Positions 30,376-47,792 of a DNA stretch of 64,000 nt are shown in pieces. The translations under genes were made by a program, and so were the position numbers. The DNA is taken from assembly GCF_009914755.1 (NCBI RefSeq), contig NC_060934.1, one strand, 5' to 3'. This stretch comes from the human T2T-CHM13v2.0 reference genome, Homo sapiens. Under the pieces are notes generated by a model. It did not search any database. It was not told where the DNA came from and saw nothing but the letters and a program-made list of their open reading frames with translations. Numbering within the stretch: position 1 is the stretch's first letter; every line of letters starts with the position of its first letter.

Positions 30376-33077
30376 TGATATGCCTTTTTCTACTGATGGT
30401 TAGTTATTTCACCTGTAGGCACTAGCCCATAATACCTGCTAAATGCATTGTTACTAGGATGATTACAGCCGTTTACCTGCTCTCTGTATCATGGTTCCCC
30501 AGTCCCATCAATGCCAAAATAGAATCAAACTCATGGAAAGTATTCAGCAAACTCTTATTGGAAGTTGATCAGCTAGAGGTCCAAATTGTCACGCATTCTA
30601 TCAAATACGCTTTAAATGACATTTTGTGTGTGTGGTGCACGTGTGTGTGTGTTTTCACTCATTCATTCATTCATTCATTCATTCATTTAACTAAGAAGAA
30701 CTCTTCTTTGCCTTTAAGTGGGCTAGTGACTATTCTCAGTTTAGAACTAGCCAAAGAATCAATCTTGACCCAGTTGCTAGGAAACCCTGTCTTTGGAAAG
30801 AAGTTAAGAATCAATTTCCCCATGCTTTAAAGAACATGTATTTAAGTAAATTACTTCCTCAGAAATATTGATTCATTCCAAAAGCATTTAAATAATATGA
30901 AAAACAAGAGGGTTTTTATGTGGAAGCTGTATCTTGACAGTAAAGTAGATGTGCACTTAAGAAAATATATTTACACAGATAATCTACATCTTGTTCAAGA
31001 GAGAAAATAGACTTTAATGTAGTAATAGGACTATTTATGTAATGAACTCTCATGGGCTCTTGCATAAATCATGATTCCTGGGTTGTGTGAATGTTTTTAT
31101 GTGCCTTTGTGAACTTTCATAAGACTTTGGTTATGTGATTATATCAAAGGCTGAATTTATATTAGCAAATGAAGCATTGTGAAGACATGAAGACATTTTC
31201 TAATGGAAACATCATAACCAGAAGCACATTTTCCCAAAAGATGTGTTTTGAAAAATGCTAAATCATTTTAATGGCCTCAATGTCTTGCAAAGGATTCTCT
31301 TGGTCAGCAGCTGGCTTCACATGCAATCTCGGACATCAGCAAGCCCTGCTCCAAAGAGGGATGCCAGCCAGCCTGTGAAATGTTTCTGCAAGAACTTTTG
31401 GCTGCCTTAACCGCCTAAAGCAAATGTTTGTTTGCTGCAGTACGAGAATCAAATGCTTTTGTGTGAAAACACTTGCTAGAGAAACAAATGTTTGTTTTGG
31501 TAATCGACATTTGGACTGTTGGAACATTACCACTTAAGATATTGGTTTGAGAAATATACATTTAATTTGGAAAGCACCAGTCAGGATCAAGCATGTAACA
31601 CAAATCTAGGCTGTAAGGAAATGAGGTTGAAATTGGACCCAACATTTTCACTTCCCCTTGTCAGTTCTGACTAAGAAAATGGTTCCTTGATTTACATATT
31701 GCCTTATAATGTTACTGAGCAGCAGCATAAAAGAAAAAAAACTGATTTACTTCCTTCTGGAAGAGTATGACTTATAAATTATCAAAGAGAGCAGCAAGAG
31801 TGTATTTATCTAGTATTAATATTTAAATGCCATTTTCCTATTGAATGTACCACATGCTCCATATTAATCTTTTAGATTAGACTTAGTACAAATTGATGTT
31901 TCCTAAATGGAAGATTTCTCCTTACAGTTCACTTTTGATTATCCATGCTAACTGGCAGGAGGAAAGGTACAGACACTCCAAAACAGCAGGAGATACAGAA
32001 ATAAGCTTTGGCTTCTGAAAGCATTAAATTTTTTAGTAGCAAAAAGAAACTAATTACATTTTAAGGGAGAGAGATACAAGGAAGTTTGTGTGGTAAGAGT
32101 GTCATTTATACATTAAACATATTATATTTGGTCGTAGATAATCCATAATTAGGAAGTCAAAATATACTATACTGATGTCGAGGCTGATTGCTAGAGCAAA
32201 AAGGATTTTAATTTAAAAGTTTCTTTTTTTCTATACATTTTAAACTATATTTTTTCCTTGATGAAAGCCAGAAGCATATGTAAATGCATCTGATTTTTTT
32301 TTACCATTATGTTTGAGTTTTTCTCTTTCGTGAAAATAAATTGAGGATCTAGGTTCACCTGAAAATGTATGAGCTGAAACCTATAATCAAATCAATACAT
32401 AAATAATAATACAATACAATTATAGCTTGAATTCTTTGTTGCTGGCCTTAGCCCTATTTGGTCTTTAGCTTAAAAGAGACTATATTTTGAAATGGAAAAG
32501 AGAGATCAGTTCAAAATAGCCAAATGTAAGAATTATTCATTAGAACATCGAGAAACATGACTTTGTATCCTGAATCCACCCACTACTGTTTCCATTTGTA
32601 AATTTCATTATTCTGTTAAAAAAGATAAGTGATATAATGCATGTATATTTGAAGTAGTACTTTGAACTCCCCAGAACTTAATAATTCAAAGTATTACAGT
32701 AAATTCTCATTTATTCTGAATCCAAACTACCAGAAAGCTGAAATAATGAGAATTTTTTGTACAATTTATAAAATGGTAATGTCCCTGGAGCATTACAAGA
32801 TTCTAAATTCCTTTGAACAGTCACAGAAAGATTAAATTTTGTTCAGCATAATTTTCTGGTAAGAATGTTTGATAGAGTTCTAATTCTTTGAAGATAGTAA
32901 TTAATCCATGTGTAGCCTATGGTAATTCTTTTTTAACTTCAATATAAAAATAGTATCTTTGCATTTCCAGAAAACCTTGGTCTTGTATTTCTAGCTGATA
33001 AGACCCTAAAATGTATGGCACATCATAAACCTTACAAAGGTTGAGAACAGATCACATATGTCCTACCTTACCATATT

Positions 33078-33355
33078 TTAGTTTATTTTTATGTTTTTTA
33101 GAGATAGGGTCATGCTCTGTTGCCCAGGCTGAAGCGCAGTGGCATGATAGCTCACTGCAGCCGCGACTGCCCGGGATCAAAGGATCCTCCTACCTCAGCT
33201 TCCCAAGTAGCTGAGATTAGAGATGAGTGCCACCAAGCCAGGCTATTTTTTTTTTTTCTGCTATGTGGCCAAGTCCGGTCTTAAACTCCTAGACTTAAGC
33301 GATCCTCCTGGCATGGTCTCCCAAAGGTCTGCGATTACGGGTGTGAGCAACGGCA
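33078..33355 (-). mobile_element. AluJ
   Basis: Diverged antisense Alu. Confidence 0.85.
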
Positions 33356-34140
33356 GCAGGCAGGCAGGTGGTACCTAACTATAAGTGATTCAATGTGGTT
33401 GCAAGTAAAAGAAACCCACTCAAACTGGCTAAAGGAAAAGATAATATTTAGTAACGTGACACTGGGCTCTTTTATAGAACTCAAGCCCATCTTCAGGCAT
33501 AAACTAGAACCAAAGAATGGAGATCTGGGAAACCCTAGAAATTTGTGCTTTTCTGTCTGTCTCTCATCTTTTCCCCTCTTCGTGTATCTGCTTTATTCTC
33601 TTCACAGTCTTCAAACCAACTTCCCCTCTTGTTCTCTCCACTACGTGGGAAGTTGGACCCTTTATGTAATTTACATCATACACTATGGGGTCAGGCTTTA
33701 GATAGACATTAACACGCTTTTGACCCTACTTGAATTGTAAGGGGAGAGTAAGATAGGCCCTGCTGGGGTCAAAATCCACACCCCATACCGCTACCCATTA
33801 ACCCTTCTATCCCTCAATACACTGATCCAGGGAGGAGAGGAAGGATGATAGCCTAGGTAAAACAATAACCTAGGCTATCCTCCAATATCCTTCATGGATA
33901 GAGGGAGAAAGAGCAGTTATCAGAGAAAAGGAATCAGTGTGAGCTGAGAATCTACCAACAGTTCTCACACTTGTTTTTCTCGGAATCCCTTTATAGTCTT
34001 AAAAATTACTGAGGACCCTGAAAAGCATGGGGTTATAGTTACCAACATTTACCATATTAGAAATTAAAACTGAGAAATTTAAAACCATTTAATTTTAATC
34101 CATTAAAAATAATAAACCCATGATGTTAATACTGAGATAA

Positions 34141-34800
<660 letters not shown>

Positions 34801-35887
34801 AACATAAATATTTTCCAAAATAAAAAGAAATTAGTGAGAAAAGTAGCACTGTTTTACAGTTTTGCAAGTTTCTTTAATGAGTGGCTTGATAAGAAATAGC
34901 TGTACTCTCATATCTGCTTTTGCATTTACTCTGTTGTGATATGTTATTTTGGCTGAATATATTTAGAAAACTGGTTTTACACAGATATGCATTTGGGAAA
35001 GGGAGGAGTATTTTAGTAGCCTTTTCATATAATCATAGATATTCTTTTTTGATACTATACCAAAGTCTGACAAATAATAGTTGTAATACAGAATCTGAGA
35101 TCATATCAACTAACATTTTGTACTCTGTTACAGTAGTATCCATTGGTTTATCTTGCACTTTTATTCAGGCATGATCATGCACTGGCCATTTGGAAAATAT
35201 TGGCTGACTGAGTTATAGAGATTTTCCAAATGTTGATACATTTTATTATGCGACGTAAAAAATCATATTTTCTAATATCACTATCAATTTATCAGAAGAG
35301 TTTTTAAGTATTAGGAAGCTGTCACATTCATGGTGACAGATACAAGTTTTCTAAAGTTCTAATTTTCACTTGAAAGAATACATTTTAGCATTGGCAACAA
35401 ATACTGTCAATTTTATGTCTTATGACAGGCTGACTTCATTCATTTTTTAAAAAATGTCTGCCAAATATCCAAGTATAAATAGCCATAAGTTGTCTGTCAG
35501 TTGCACCTTCAAGTAAAAGTAAGTTTCTATTTTTTTTTTTAAAGGAGGTTAGTTGCGCTCACAACTCAGGCAACCACACAAGTGCTTCTCCTTGAAACAA
35601 TTGTTCTTTGGTATGCAGAAGAAATACTTATGCATACTTCCTCTTTCACCACACAGAATATTAAAAACATGTAATCAAGGGTTACTGTTCAATAAAATTA
35701 ATGATTTTTAACTGTTCCATCAAGGATATTAAATAAAACTGTCTTTTTCTTTCCCTTTGAGTGCACTTCAGTGAAGAATATGACTACTAATATAGCCTTG
35801 GCGTTTCTGCTAAGGCACCAAAAGTTTTATCCAATATAGCCTTTTTATCATCAGTGCAAATGTCAACATAATGAAGAATGCAAGTGA

Positions 35888-36147
35888 CTTTTTTTTTTTT
35901 TTTGATACGGAGTCTCGCTCTGTCGCCCAGGTTGGGGTGCAGTGCCGCGATCTCCACTCACCGCAAGCTCCGCCTCCCGGGTTCACACCACTCTCCTGCC
36001 TCAGACTCCTGAGTAGCTGGGACTACAGGTGCCTGCCACCATGCCCGGATAATTTTTTGTATTTTTTAGTAGAGACGGGGTTTCAGCGTGTTAGCCAGGA
36101 TGGTCTCGATCTCCTGACCTCGTGATCCACCCGCCTCAGCCTCCCAA
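35888..36147 (-). mobile_element. AluY, short 5' truncation
   Basis: Antisense AluY ending at CCTCCCAA. Confidence 0.9.
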
Positions 36148-36829
36148 TCTTTTTAGTGCTTTTATAAAAATAGTTTTGCCCTCTCAGATCATCCAAAGGT
36201 GTCAGAGACACACCCCTTACCTGCCCCTACCACCAGAGATTTGTGGACCACGCTTTGATAACCACTGTTATATGCCAACCTGCTAAACATGGATTCACAT
36301 TAACTGAAATCACTGAGCAATTTAGAGCAATTTATTATTTTGGTATATTATCTTCTTGACAAAAAAAGGAAATATACATCCATATTAAGTGGGAAAACAT
36401 CACATTTTAAAAACGATAAATTATAACTTTTTAGTAATCAGTTCTAGGGGAGAATTAAAACACTCAGACTGGTAAAGTTGGTTAAAAAAAAAGCAAACAA
36501 ACGAAAACAACCCTCAGAGCTGGTGGAGTTCAATGTTATACCCAGTGGAAGACTATTTAGAACAATAAATGCCGTGGTTTCTGTTTGATGGATTACTTTG
36601 CAGGAACTGAGAGGGCCATGCAATGAGCCATGTGGTATGGCAATTTTCCAAATCACATAAAATTAAAAATGCAAGGAAATCCTTAATGCTTAAGTTACCA
36701 CAAACAGGTTTGTGAATTAAAACAATAACAATAAAAGCAATAACACAAAACTAAATTTTCAGAGGAGGCAGTTACCACATATAGTACTGATTTGTCATCA
36801 CCAGTATAAACTTACTAACACTCAGAGAT

Positions 36830-37030
36830 CCAGGGCTAAGGAAAGAGGAGTTTAATCCAAACTCAACCATTTACTAGCTGTGTAACCACGAGCAAGTGTC
36901 AGTATACCTGTTAGGTCTCAGTTTTCACATGTGTAAGATAGGAGTAACAGTCCATCCTCGTAGTATTGTTATATTACATGACCTGATGTATTTAAAGTGT
37001 TGAAAAGTACGTGGTACAGAGTAGACAGTA
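36830..37030 (+). mobile_element. MIR
   Basis: CCATTTACTAGCTGTGTAACCACGAGCAAGT...CTCAGTTTTCACATGTGTAAGATAGG. Confidence 0.8.
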
Positions 37031-38061
37031 AAAATGTTCCTGTGAAAGTTTTAGGAGGTAGGTAGTAACACAATAGAGAAACCGCAAAGCTTATCTAACA
37101 AGATGGCCTTTACTGTACACCCTAAAGAAACCACTAAAACAACAGAGTTGGATCTTAAAAAGGCAATAAGGGTGATACATGAAATAATTTTAAAAGCCTA
37201 GTTAATCCAGAAAAAGGCAGAAAAAGAAGAACAATGAACTGATGGGACAAATAGAAAACAGCAAGATGATAGATTTAAACCTAATCACATCAATAATCAC
37301 ATTAAACATAAATGATCTAAACAGCTCAATTAAAAAGCAGAGACTGTCATATTAAAAAACAAGACCTTAGCTGTATAATGCCTACAAAAAACTTGCATTA
37401 AATACAAAGAACAAATGGGGTTAAATGTAAAAGGATGAAAAGAGATAACCATGGTATTACATGGAAAAGAAAGAAAAAGAAAGCTGGAGAGGCTATGTTA
37501 GTATCAGAGGAAGTAGTTCAGAGCAAAGAATAGTGCCAGGGAGAAAGAAGGTCATTTCATGATGATGAAGAGATTGGTCCATCAGGAGAACATAAAAATC
37601 CTAAATACTAATGAACTAGTAACAGATTTTCAAAAGACATTAAGTAAAAACAGATAGAACTGCAAGGAAAAATAAATCTATAATTCGAGGTGATTTTAAT
37701 GCCTCTCTCTCAATAATAAACAGGTAGATAAAATTCAGTAGGTATATAGAAGACTTGAACAACACAATCTGTCAACTGAATTTAATTGATACTTAAAGAA
37801 CACTCCACCTAATAACAGCAAATTAGACATTTTTTTCAAGTGCACATGAAATATTTACAAGGACAACCACGTTCTGGGCCATAAAACAGATCTGAATATT
37901 TTGAAAAGAATTCAAGCCACAGATAGTATGTTTTCTAACACAACAGTATTAAATTAGAAATCAATACCGGGAAGATCTTTAGAAAATCTACAAATATTTA
38001 GAAATTAAATAACACTCTTCTAAATAACTCATGATAAAAGAAGGGATGAAAGAAATTTTTC

Positions 38062-39086
<1,025 letters not shown>

Positions 39087-39112
39087 GAAAGGAAAATTTA
39101 AAAGTGTTTTGA

Positions 39113-39546
<434 letters not shown>

Positions 39547-40992
39547 TCAGCTTCCATCTTAAAAAACTAGAAAACATAAAACAAATGAAATCCAATGTAT
39601 ACAGAAGAGAAAGCATAGAAAGCAAGTAGAAATCTGCGAACTTGAAAACAAAGAAATAAAGAAAGTTGATAAAATCAAAACTGATATTTTAGATCAATAA
39701 AATTAATAAACCTCTAGCCAGAATAGTCAGGAAAAAAATGAGAAGAAATTACCAATATAAGGATAGAGAGGTGACACTACAATAGTGTCTACAGATATTA
39801 AAAAGGTAATAAAGGAATATTACAAACAATGTTATGCTAGTAAATTTGAAAACCCAGAAGAGATGTATAAATTCCTTGGAAGATACAAACGGCTAAAGAT
39901 TTCTCAAGAATAAATAGATAAACTAAATAGCTCTACATCTATTAAAGGAATTAAATTTTTTGTTTAAACTTTCAAAGAAAGAAAAATTCAGGCCCAGATG
40001 GCTTTACTAATGAATGCTATCAAACATTTAAAGAGAAAATAATACCAAGTTTAGGCAAGCTCTTCCAGGAAATTGAAGAGGATGAAATATTTTGCAACTC
40101 ATTCTTTGAGGTCAGCATTAGCCTGATTCTGAAATCTGACAAAAACATACAAGAAAAGAAACTACAAACTCAAATCCCTCGTGAACATGTAAGCAAAAAC
40201 GCTGAATAAAATTTTAGCAAATTGATTGTACCAATATATAGAAAGGATAATGATGAAGTGGTCATTTATCCCATGAATATAAGTTTAACTTTTTAAAATC
40301 ACCATATATAAGTCACCAATGTAATTCACTACATTAGCAAACTAAAAAAGAAAAAACGTGATTATCTCAATAGATGCAGAAAACGCCATTGACAAAATAT
40401 AACACTGTTCCTGATAAAAATTCTCAGCAATCTAGGAATGCAAGAGAATTCCTTAACCTAATAAAGAACATCTATGAAAGATCTATAGATAACATCTCAC
40501 TTAGTGATGAAGAACTGGATGTTCCTGCTAAGGTCAGAAATAATACAAGAATTTCTGCTCTCACCACTTCTATTCAGCATTATAGTGGAAGTTTTAATTA
40601 GTGCAGTAAGGCAAGAAAAAGAAAAAAAATAAATTCAGATTGCAATGAAAAAAAGTAAAACTGTATTTAGAGATGACATAATCATCTATGTTAAAATCCA
40701 ATGGATTCCATAAAAAACCTATTGGGACTAATAAGTGAGCTTAGCAAGGTTGCATGATACAAGATTAATATACAAATATCTACTGCATTTCTATATGTTG
40801 GCAATGAAAGAAGATATTGAATTCAAAAATATGATTTACAATAGCACCACAAAAATGAACTAGTTAGGAATAAATTTTACAAATGATGTGCAAGATCTGT
40901 ACCCTAATAACTATAAAATATTTCTGAGAGAAATTAAGGAAGACTTAAACAAATGGAAAAATATCCTGTGTTCCTTGGCCAGATGACAGTTA

Positions 40993-41303
<311 letters not shown>

Positions 41304-42711
41304 ATGTAACTTTTCCCAAATGAATCTATAGATTAAATATAATCCCAGTCAAAATGACAGCAGGAGTTTTGTAGAAATCAACAAGACAATTCTAAAATTC
41401 ATATGGAAATGCAAAGAATCTCAAATAGCCAAAACAATTTTGAAAAATGATAAAGTTTTAGAAACAATAACCTGGTTTTAACACTTATCAGAAAGCTGAA
41501 GTAATTAAGACAATGTAGTATTGGTGTAAAGATAGAACAACAAATCAATGGAACAAAATAGGGAGTGTCTGAATAAAAAAATTGCTCACAAATACATGAA
41601 CAATTAACTCTACAAACTCTACAACTGTAAAGGCAATTCAGTGAAGAGAAAGTAGTCTTTTAAATAAAGGGTGCTAGAGTAATTGGATATTCATATGCAA
41701 AAAAATTAATCGATATATCACACCATATACAAAATAAACTATAAAACAGATCGCAGACCAAAACTGTACAATTTTTGGAAGTAAAAAATGTATGAGAAAT
41801 ATCAGTGACACTGGGTTAGGCAAACACTTCTTAGACATGACAACAAAAACATGGTTCGTAAAATAATAAAATAAAAACCAAGATTCTGATAAATCTGATC
41901 TCATCAGAATTAAAAGCACTGGTCAGAGAGTGAACAAATAAGCGAAAGTCTGGGAGGAAATACTTGCAAACCACATATCTGATAAAGGACATGAATCCAA
42001 AGTACACAAGTAACTTCTGAAACATAATGAGAAGAAAAAATCTAATTTTAAATGAGCAAAAGATTTGAACAGATATATAACCAAAGAAGATATACCGATG
42101 GGAAGAATGCACATGAAAAGATGTTCTACATATTTAATCACAAGGAAAATGGAAACTGAAACCTTTAGAAGATACTACTATCTACCAATTAGAATGGCTA
42201 AAATAAAAAAGTTGGCTACCACTATACATATATAGTGAAATTTTACATAAATGGATAATGGATGGTAGGAGCCAGGTGTTTCACTGTTCCAGTGAGAGGT
42301 TACAGATGATCAAGGGGAGGGGGCTAGACTGATCTTTGTGGTCACGGTTTAGAGTTGAAGACATCAGTTTAAACTCATGTTTAGCTTAATATAGATAGAA
42401 GTATTTATAGATATGAATATATACATTCATATATACACATATATTTTCTTCTGTCTGCAGAGGCTAGAAGCAATGAAATCCCAGTAAAAATGAGCACACT
42501 AAACTACCAGATCTTGGTTTCTAATACCATTCTTGAAATAAAATAAACTAGGGCTCTTTGGAGAAATGGCTGGTTCTAGGATTGGGGGAGGAAATATACA
42601 GGAGGAGCCTGGAGTATTTTGTTTTACCAAAAAGAAAAGAAGTGCTCAAATAAAAACACATTGATGGAGGCATGTCAAAGGAACAGAGGAGCCAACTGAA
42701 AGCTCCCACCA

Positions 42712-43400
42712 GCCTGACATGGTGTTTGTCAGCTTCTTCTATTCTGAAGCTACTGGGTTTTTTTCCTACCTTTTCATACTGTACTCTTTGAAAGGAAGTC
42801 ACCAAGTGAAGCACTGGCTTAAGAAGTGAAGTTATGCTTCACCTCCTTGATAGTAGAGAATCTGCATATTTTGAATTCTTCTTTCCTATTATTTACCTAT
42901 TCAACAATTTATATCAGTATGGATAAAAAATAGTTTTTTACATTCTGTGTTATCATCCAATAATACTTTATTTTGTTGCTCAAGTGTTTCCAGCTTTGGT
43001 TATTGAGGGTATTTTTTGGAGCAACAAGATATTCCAGGCTCATCATGTGCTGTCCCTATCCCAGAACCAGAATCAGTCAAGGATCTCTGGTTCCTTTTAC
43101 TGGAGAATAGTATTTAGAACCAAGATCTGGGGGCTCAGTATGTTTATGGCTACTGGTATGTCATTATTTCTAGGCCTTCTCGATGGACAGAGCTAGGATA
43201 GATATGTAAAAAAAAAAATTAGCCCATAGTGATACTTCCAACTGTAACCCAACACTACAGTGTATGTTCTAGTCTTCCCCTTTCCATACATGCAAGTTCC
43301 ATTACCAACAGTAAGAAACCTGGCTTCCACTATTCTCAATATATATACTCATTTATCAAGTCTAGATTGCACAAAAGATTGTTTCAGAGTTGCTAGTCCA
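42712..43400 (-). mobile_element. L1MC-type 3' region, antisense
   Basis: CCAGGCTCATCATGTG...GGATCTCTGGTTCCTTTTACTGGAGAATAGTATTTAGAACCAAGATCTGG. Confidence 0.7.
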
Positions 43401-43459
43401 GTCATTGCTATGGAATACAACAATGCAGCACTTAGAGATAAGGAGTTCACTTTCTGTAA

Positions 43460-43640
43460 CAGAGGCAGTAGAGAAAGAAAGTTAAGAGCATAGCTGTGGA
43501 GTCAGAATTTGAATCTGTCATTTTCAAAGTGTTTGACTTTGGGCAAGTTACGTTGCCCCTCAAGTATCAGTTTCCTCATCTATAAAATGGGAATAATGAT
43601 GATATCGACTTCACTGGGTTGTTGTGAAGATGAAATCGTC
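43460..43640 (+). mobile_element. MIR
   Basis: GACTTTGGGCAAGTTAC...CAGTTTCCTCATCTATAAAATGGGAATAAT. Confidence 0.85.
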
Positions 43641-43654
43641 TATTGTATGGTGGC

Positions 43655-44721
<1,067 letters not shown>

Positions 44722-45254
44722 GAGTAGCTATAGTAAGCATTCAATAAGTAAAAGCTAATTGTTGTTGTAGATGCCTTTAGGAAACTCTCTTTAAGATACT
44801 ATGTAGAGTGAAAAAAGAGAGAACAAAATAGAATGAATCTTAAGGCCTCAATCATGCCTAGACATTTTCTAACTACTACCAAAGGAACTGTTAACATCAG
44901 GGTAAAATGAAACTCTTTTCCTTCTACAACTTTCTGTGTTGTATAAAATTTTACCATGCGCCTGTGTTACTTTATACTTAAAAGGACAATGATTTGGCTT
45001 ATTAAAAGGTTGATTTAATGTCTCAAAAAGAAAAGGTTTGAAGACAATGTCTGTGAAACTGGTTTTCCTGAGATATATTGCCAAATGTTCTCTGCATCCT
45101 GGCCAGCCTGGGAAGCTGGCCCTGCAAGGCAGCATGCCCATGGCCACTAATTTCTCTTATTACTGCCATAGTTAGGTTCCATATCCTATTTTTTCATGGC
45201 ACTGGAAAGAAACATGGATCCACTAGTAATGTTCTCTTCATTATGTTCTCTCTC

Positions 45255-47030
45255 TCTTTCATTCATATATTCATTCATTCAACAGATGTTTACCAAGCAC
45301 CTACCTCGTTCTGAGCACTACAGCAGGCACCAGGGATGCAGCAGGCAAAAAAATAAAACAAAAACGATAAAAAATCTTTATCCTCGTGGAGCTTGCATTA
45401 TAGTATAGGAATATTTCAAGAATCTATTGCTGCTTAACGAACTATTCCAAAACATAGTGTCCTCAAACAACAACCTTTATTTCATCACAATTCTATGAGT
45501 CAGGAATTCAGGGCTCAGCTTGGCAGTTCTTCTGTTCCATCTAGTATTGACTGGATCTCTTCCTTGACTCCCTTCAGCTGATGGGTGATGTTGGCACAGA
45601 CGGTTCCAGAAGGCTTTAGTCACATGTCCAGAGCTTTGGTACATGGCCTCTTCTTCACCTGGCTAGTTTGGGCCCCCTTACAGCATGGTGGTCTCAGGGC
45701 ATTTGTTCTTCTAATATGGCTGTGAACTTCCAAGAGGAGGCACCCCAAGGATGGAAGGCAGAAGCCCAGATTCAAGTGAGGGCAAAATAGGCTCCATTTC
45801 TTGATGGAGAATGACAATGTCACATTAGAAAACAACATGTGGGATGAAAGTTAATGTTGTAGTCATCTTTAGAAACATAATCTACCTTAGAGAGACAGAC
45901 AACTAAAAAGACAAATGAGTAAAAATGAATTTTAAGGAGAAAACAAAAGCAGGAAAGGGAATACAGAGTGAGTTTGGGGATGGAGTTGCAATTTTAAGAG
46001 GGGCTAGAGAAGGACTGATTGAGAAAGTTACATTTAAATTAAGACTTGAGGCCGGGCGTGGTGGCTCACGCCTGTAATCCCAGCACTTTGGGAGGCTGAG
46101 GAGGGCGGATCACGAGGTCAGGAGATCGAGACCATCCTGGCTAACACGGTGAAACCCCGTCTCTACTAAAAATACAAAAAATCAGCCGGGCACGGTGGTG
46201 GGCGCCTGTAATCCCAGCTACTTGGGAGGCTGAGGCAAAAGAATGGCGAGAACCTGGGAGGCGGAGCTTGCAGTGAGTGGGGATACCGCCACAGCAGTCT
46301 GGCCTGGGCGAAAGAGTGAGACTTCGTCTCAAAAAAAAAAGACTTGAATGAAGTGATGATAGTTGGTGTAAGAGCATTCCAGGAAGAGGAAACAGCAAGT
46401 GCAAGGCCCTGAGGCAAGAGCATGCCAGGCATGTTCAGGACAGCGCAAAAGCCAGTATATGTGGAACAAAGAGAGTGAAGTTTCTCTAGAGTAGCAGGAG
46501 ATTAAGTCATATAGGTAATGGGGTCAGCAGACTGTGGACAGTCTTTTACTTCAGCTTTTACTCTGAATTAACTGGGGAGCATTTGAATGTTTTTTGCGCA
46601 TGGAAGGTATACGACCTGACTTGTGTTTTCACAGGATCCTTCTGTCTGCTATCCTGAGTATAGACAGTAGAAAGCTATGTAGTAGTAGGGAGACCAGTTA
46701 GAAGGCTATTGTAATAATTCAGGCAACAGATGCTAGTGGCTTGAGTTAGGGTGGAAGCAATGGAGATGGTGATAAGTGGTTGGATTCTGGAGATATTTTT
46801 AACATATACTCAGTAAGATTTGCTGGTGAATTGGATAGATGGTGTTTTGGATAGAGAGGAACCAAAGATGACTTAAAGGTTTTGACCTGAGCAACTGGAA
46901 GGATCGAGTTGGTGTTTACTAGATGAATAAAACTGTGAGAAGGTCAGAATTGGAACAGAATAGCAGAAGATCTTTTTAAAGTTTGAAATGACTACTATGC
47001 TTCCAAGTGCAGCAATTTAATAGGAGCTGC
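45255..47030 (-). mobile_element. L2 fragments with nested MLT1-type LTR (about 45410-45890) and AluY
   Basis: (TTCA)n L2 tail at about 45260-45285; AGAGCATTCCAGGAAGAGGAAACAGCAAGTGCAAGGCCCTGAGGC; MLT1 start TATTGCTGCTTAACGAACTATTCCAAAAC. Confidence 0.8.
46050..46340 (+). mobile_element. AluY (Yk-like 3' variant GCAGTCTGGCCTGGGCGAAAGAG)
   Basis: Full sense Alu; TSD AAGACTTGA. Confidence 0.92.
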
Positions 47031-47039
47031 AACACACAA

Positions 47040-47622
47040 GTTAAGTCCTCACTTAACGTCATCAGTAGGTACTTGGAAACTTCAGCTTTAAGGAAACACA
47101 CAATGGAACCAAATTACTGCAGGCTAATTGATATAAACAAGAGCTAAGTTCCTATGGCATATTTCTGGTCACAAAAACATCACCAAACTTCTAAAGAGTA
47201 AAACACTTCTAATATTAAACACTGAAATAAATGCGAACTATATATACTTTTAAGAAAGATTAATAAAAACAAGATAATTATTACCCAATTATTCCAGATG
47301 AGGGTTGAGGGTGGCCAGAGTCCACCCCAGCAGCTCAGGGTGCAAAGCGGAAGCCACCCTGGCCAGGACGCCATACCCTAGCAGGGGGCACCTCACACAC
47401 ACACCCACACAGGCTGGGACAATGTAGACACGCCAATTCACCTGACATGCACATCTTTGGGATGTGGGAGGAAACCAGAATACCCAGAGAAAACCCACAC
47501 AGACATGGGGAGAACATGGGAACTCCACACAGACAGGGGCCCCGGGCAGAAATCAATTTTTTTCCAATCAACAGTATAATGAAATGACACTGAATGGAAT
47601 GATGTTATTTGAGGACCAACTG
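47040..47622 (-). mobile_element. MER6A-like TcMar-Tigger non-autonomous element
   Basis: Termini TAAGTCCTCACTTAACGTC and GATGTTATTTGAGGACCAACTG; internal GGGAGGAAACCAGAATACCCAGAGAAAACCCACACAGACATGGGGAGAAC. Confidence 0.85.
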
Positions 47623-47650
47623 TCATTGCGTGTATGTATACATGTACACA

Positions 47651-47792
47651 TTTTTATTTTACTTTTTATTAAGTCTTTATTATGTTATTATTTATTTATT
47701 TCAATAGGTTTTTGGGGGACCACGTGGTGTTTGGTTACATGAGTAAGTTCTTTAGTGGTGATTTCTGAGATTTTGGTGCACCCATCACCCAC
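47651..47792 (-). mobile_element. L1PB 3' end, antisense, with A-rich tail
   Basis: TTTATTTCAATAGGTTTTTGGGG...GTGGTGTTTGGTTACATGAGTAAGTTCTTTAGTGGTGATTTCTGAGATTTTGGTGCACCCATCACCC. Confidence 0.85.
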
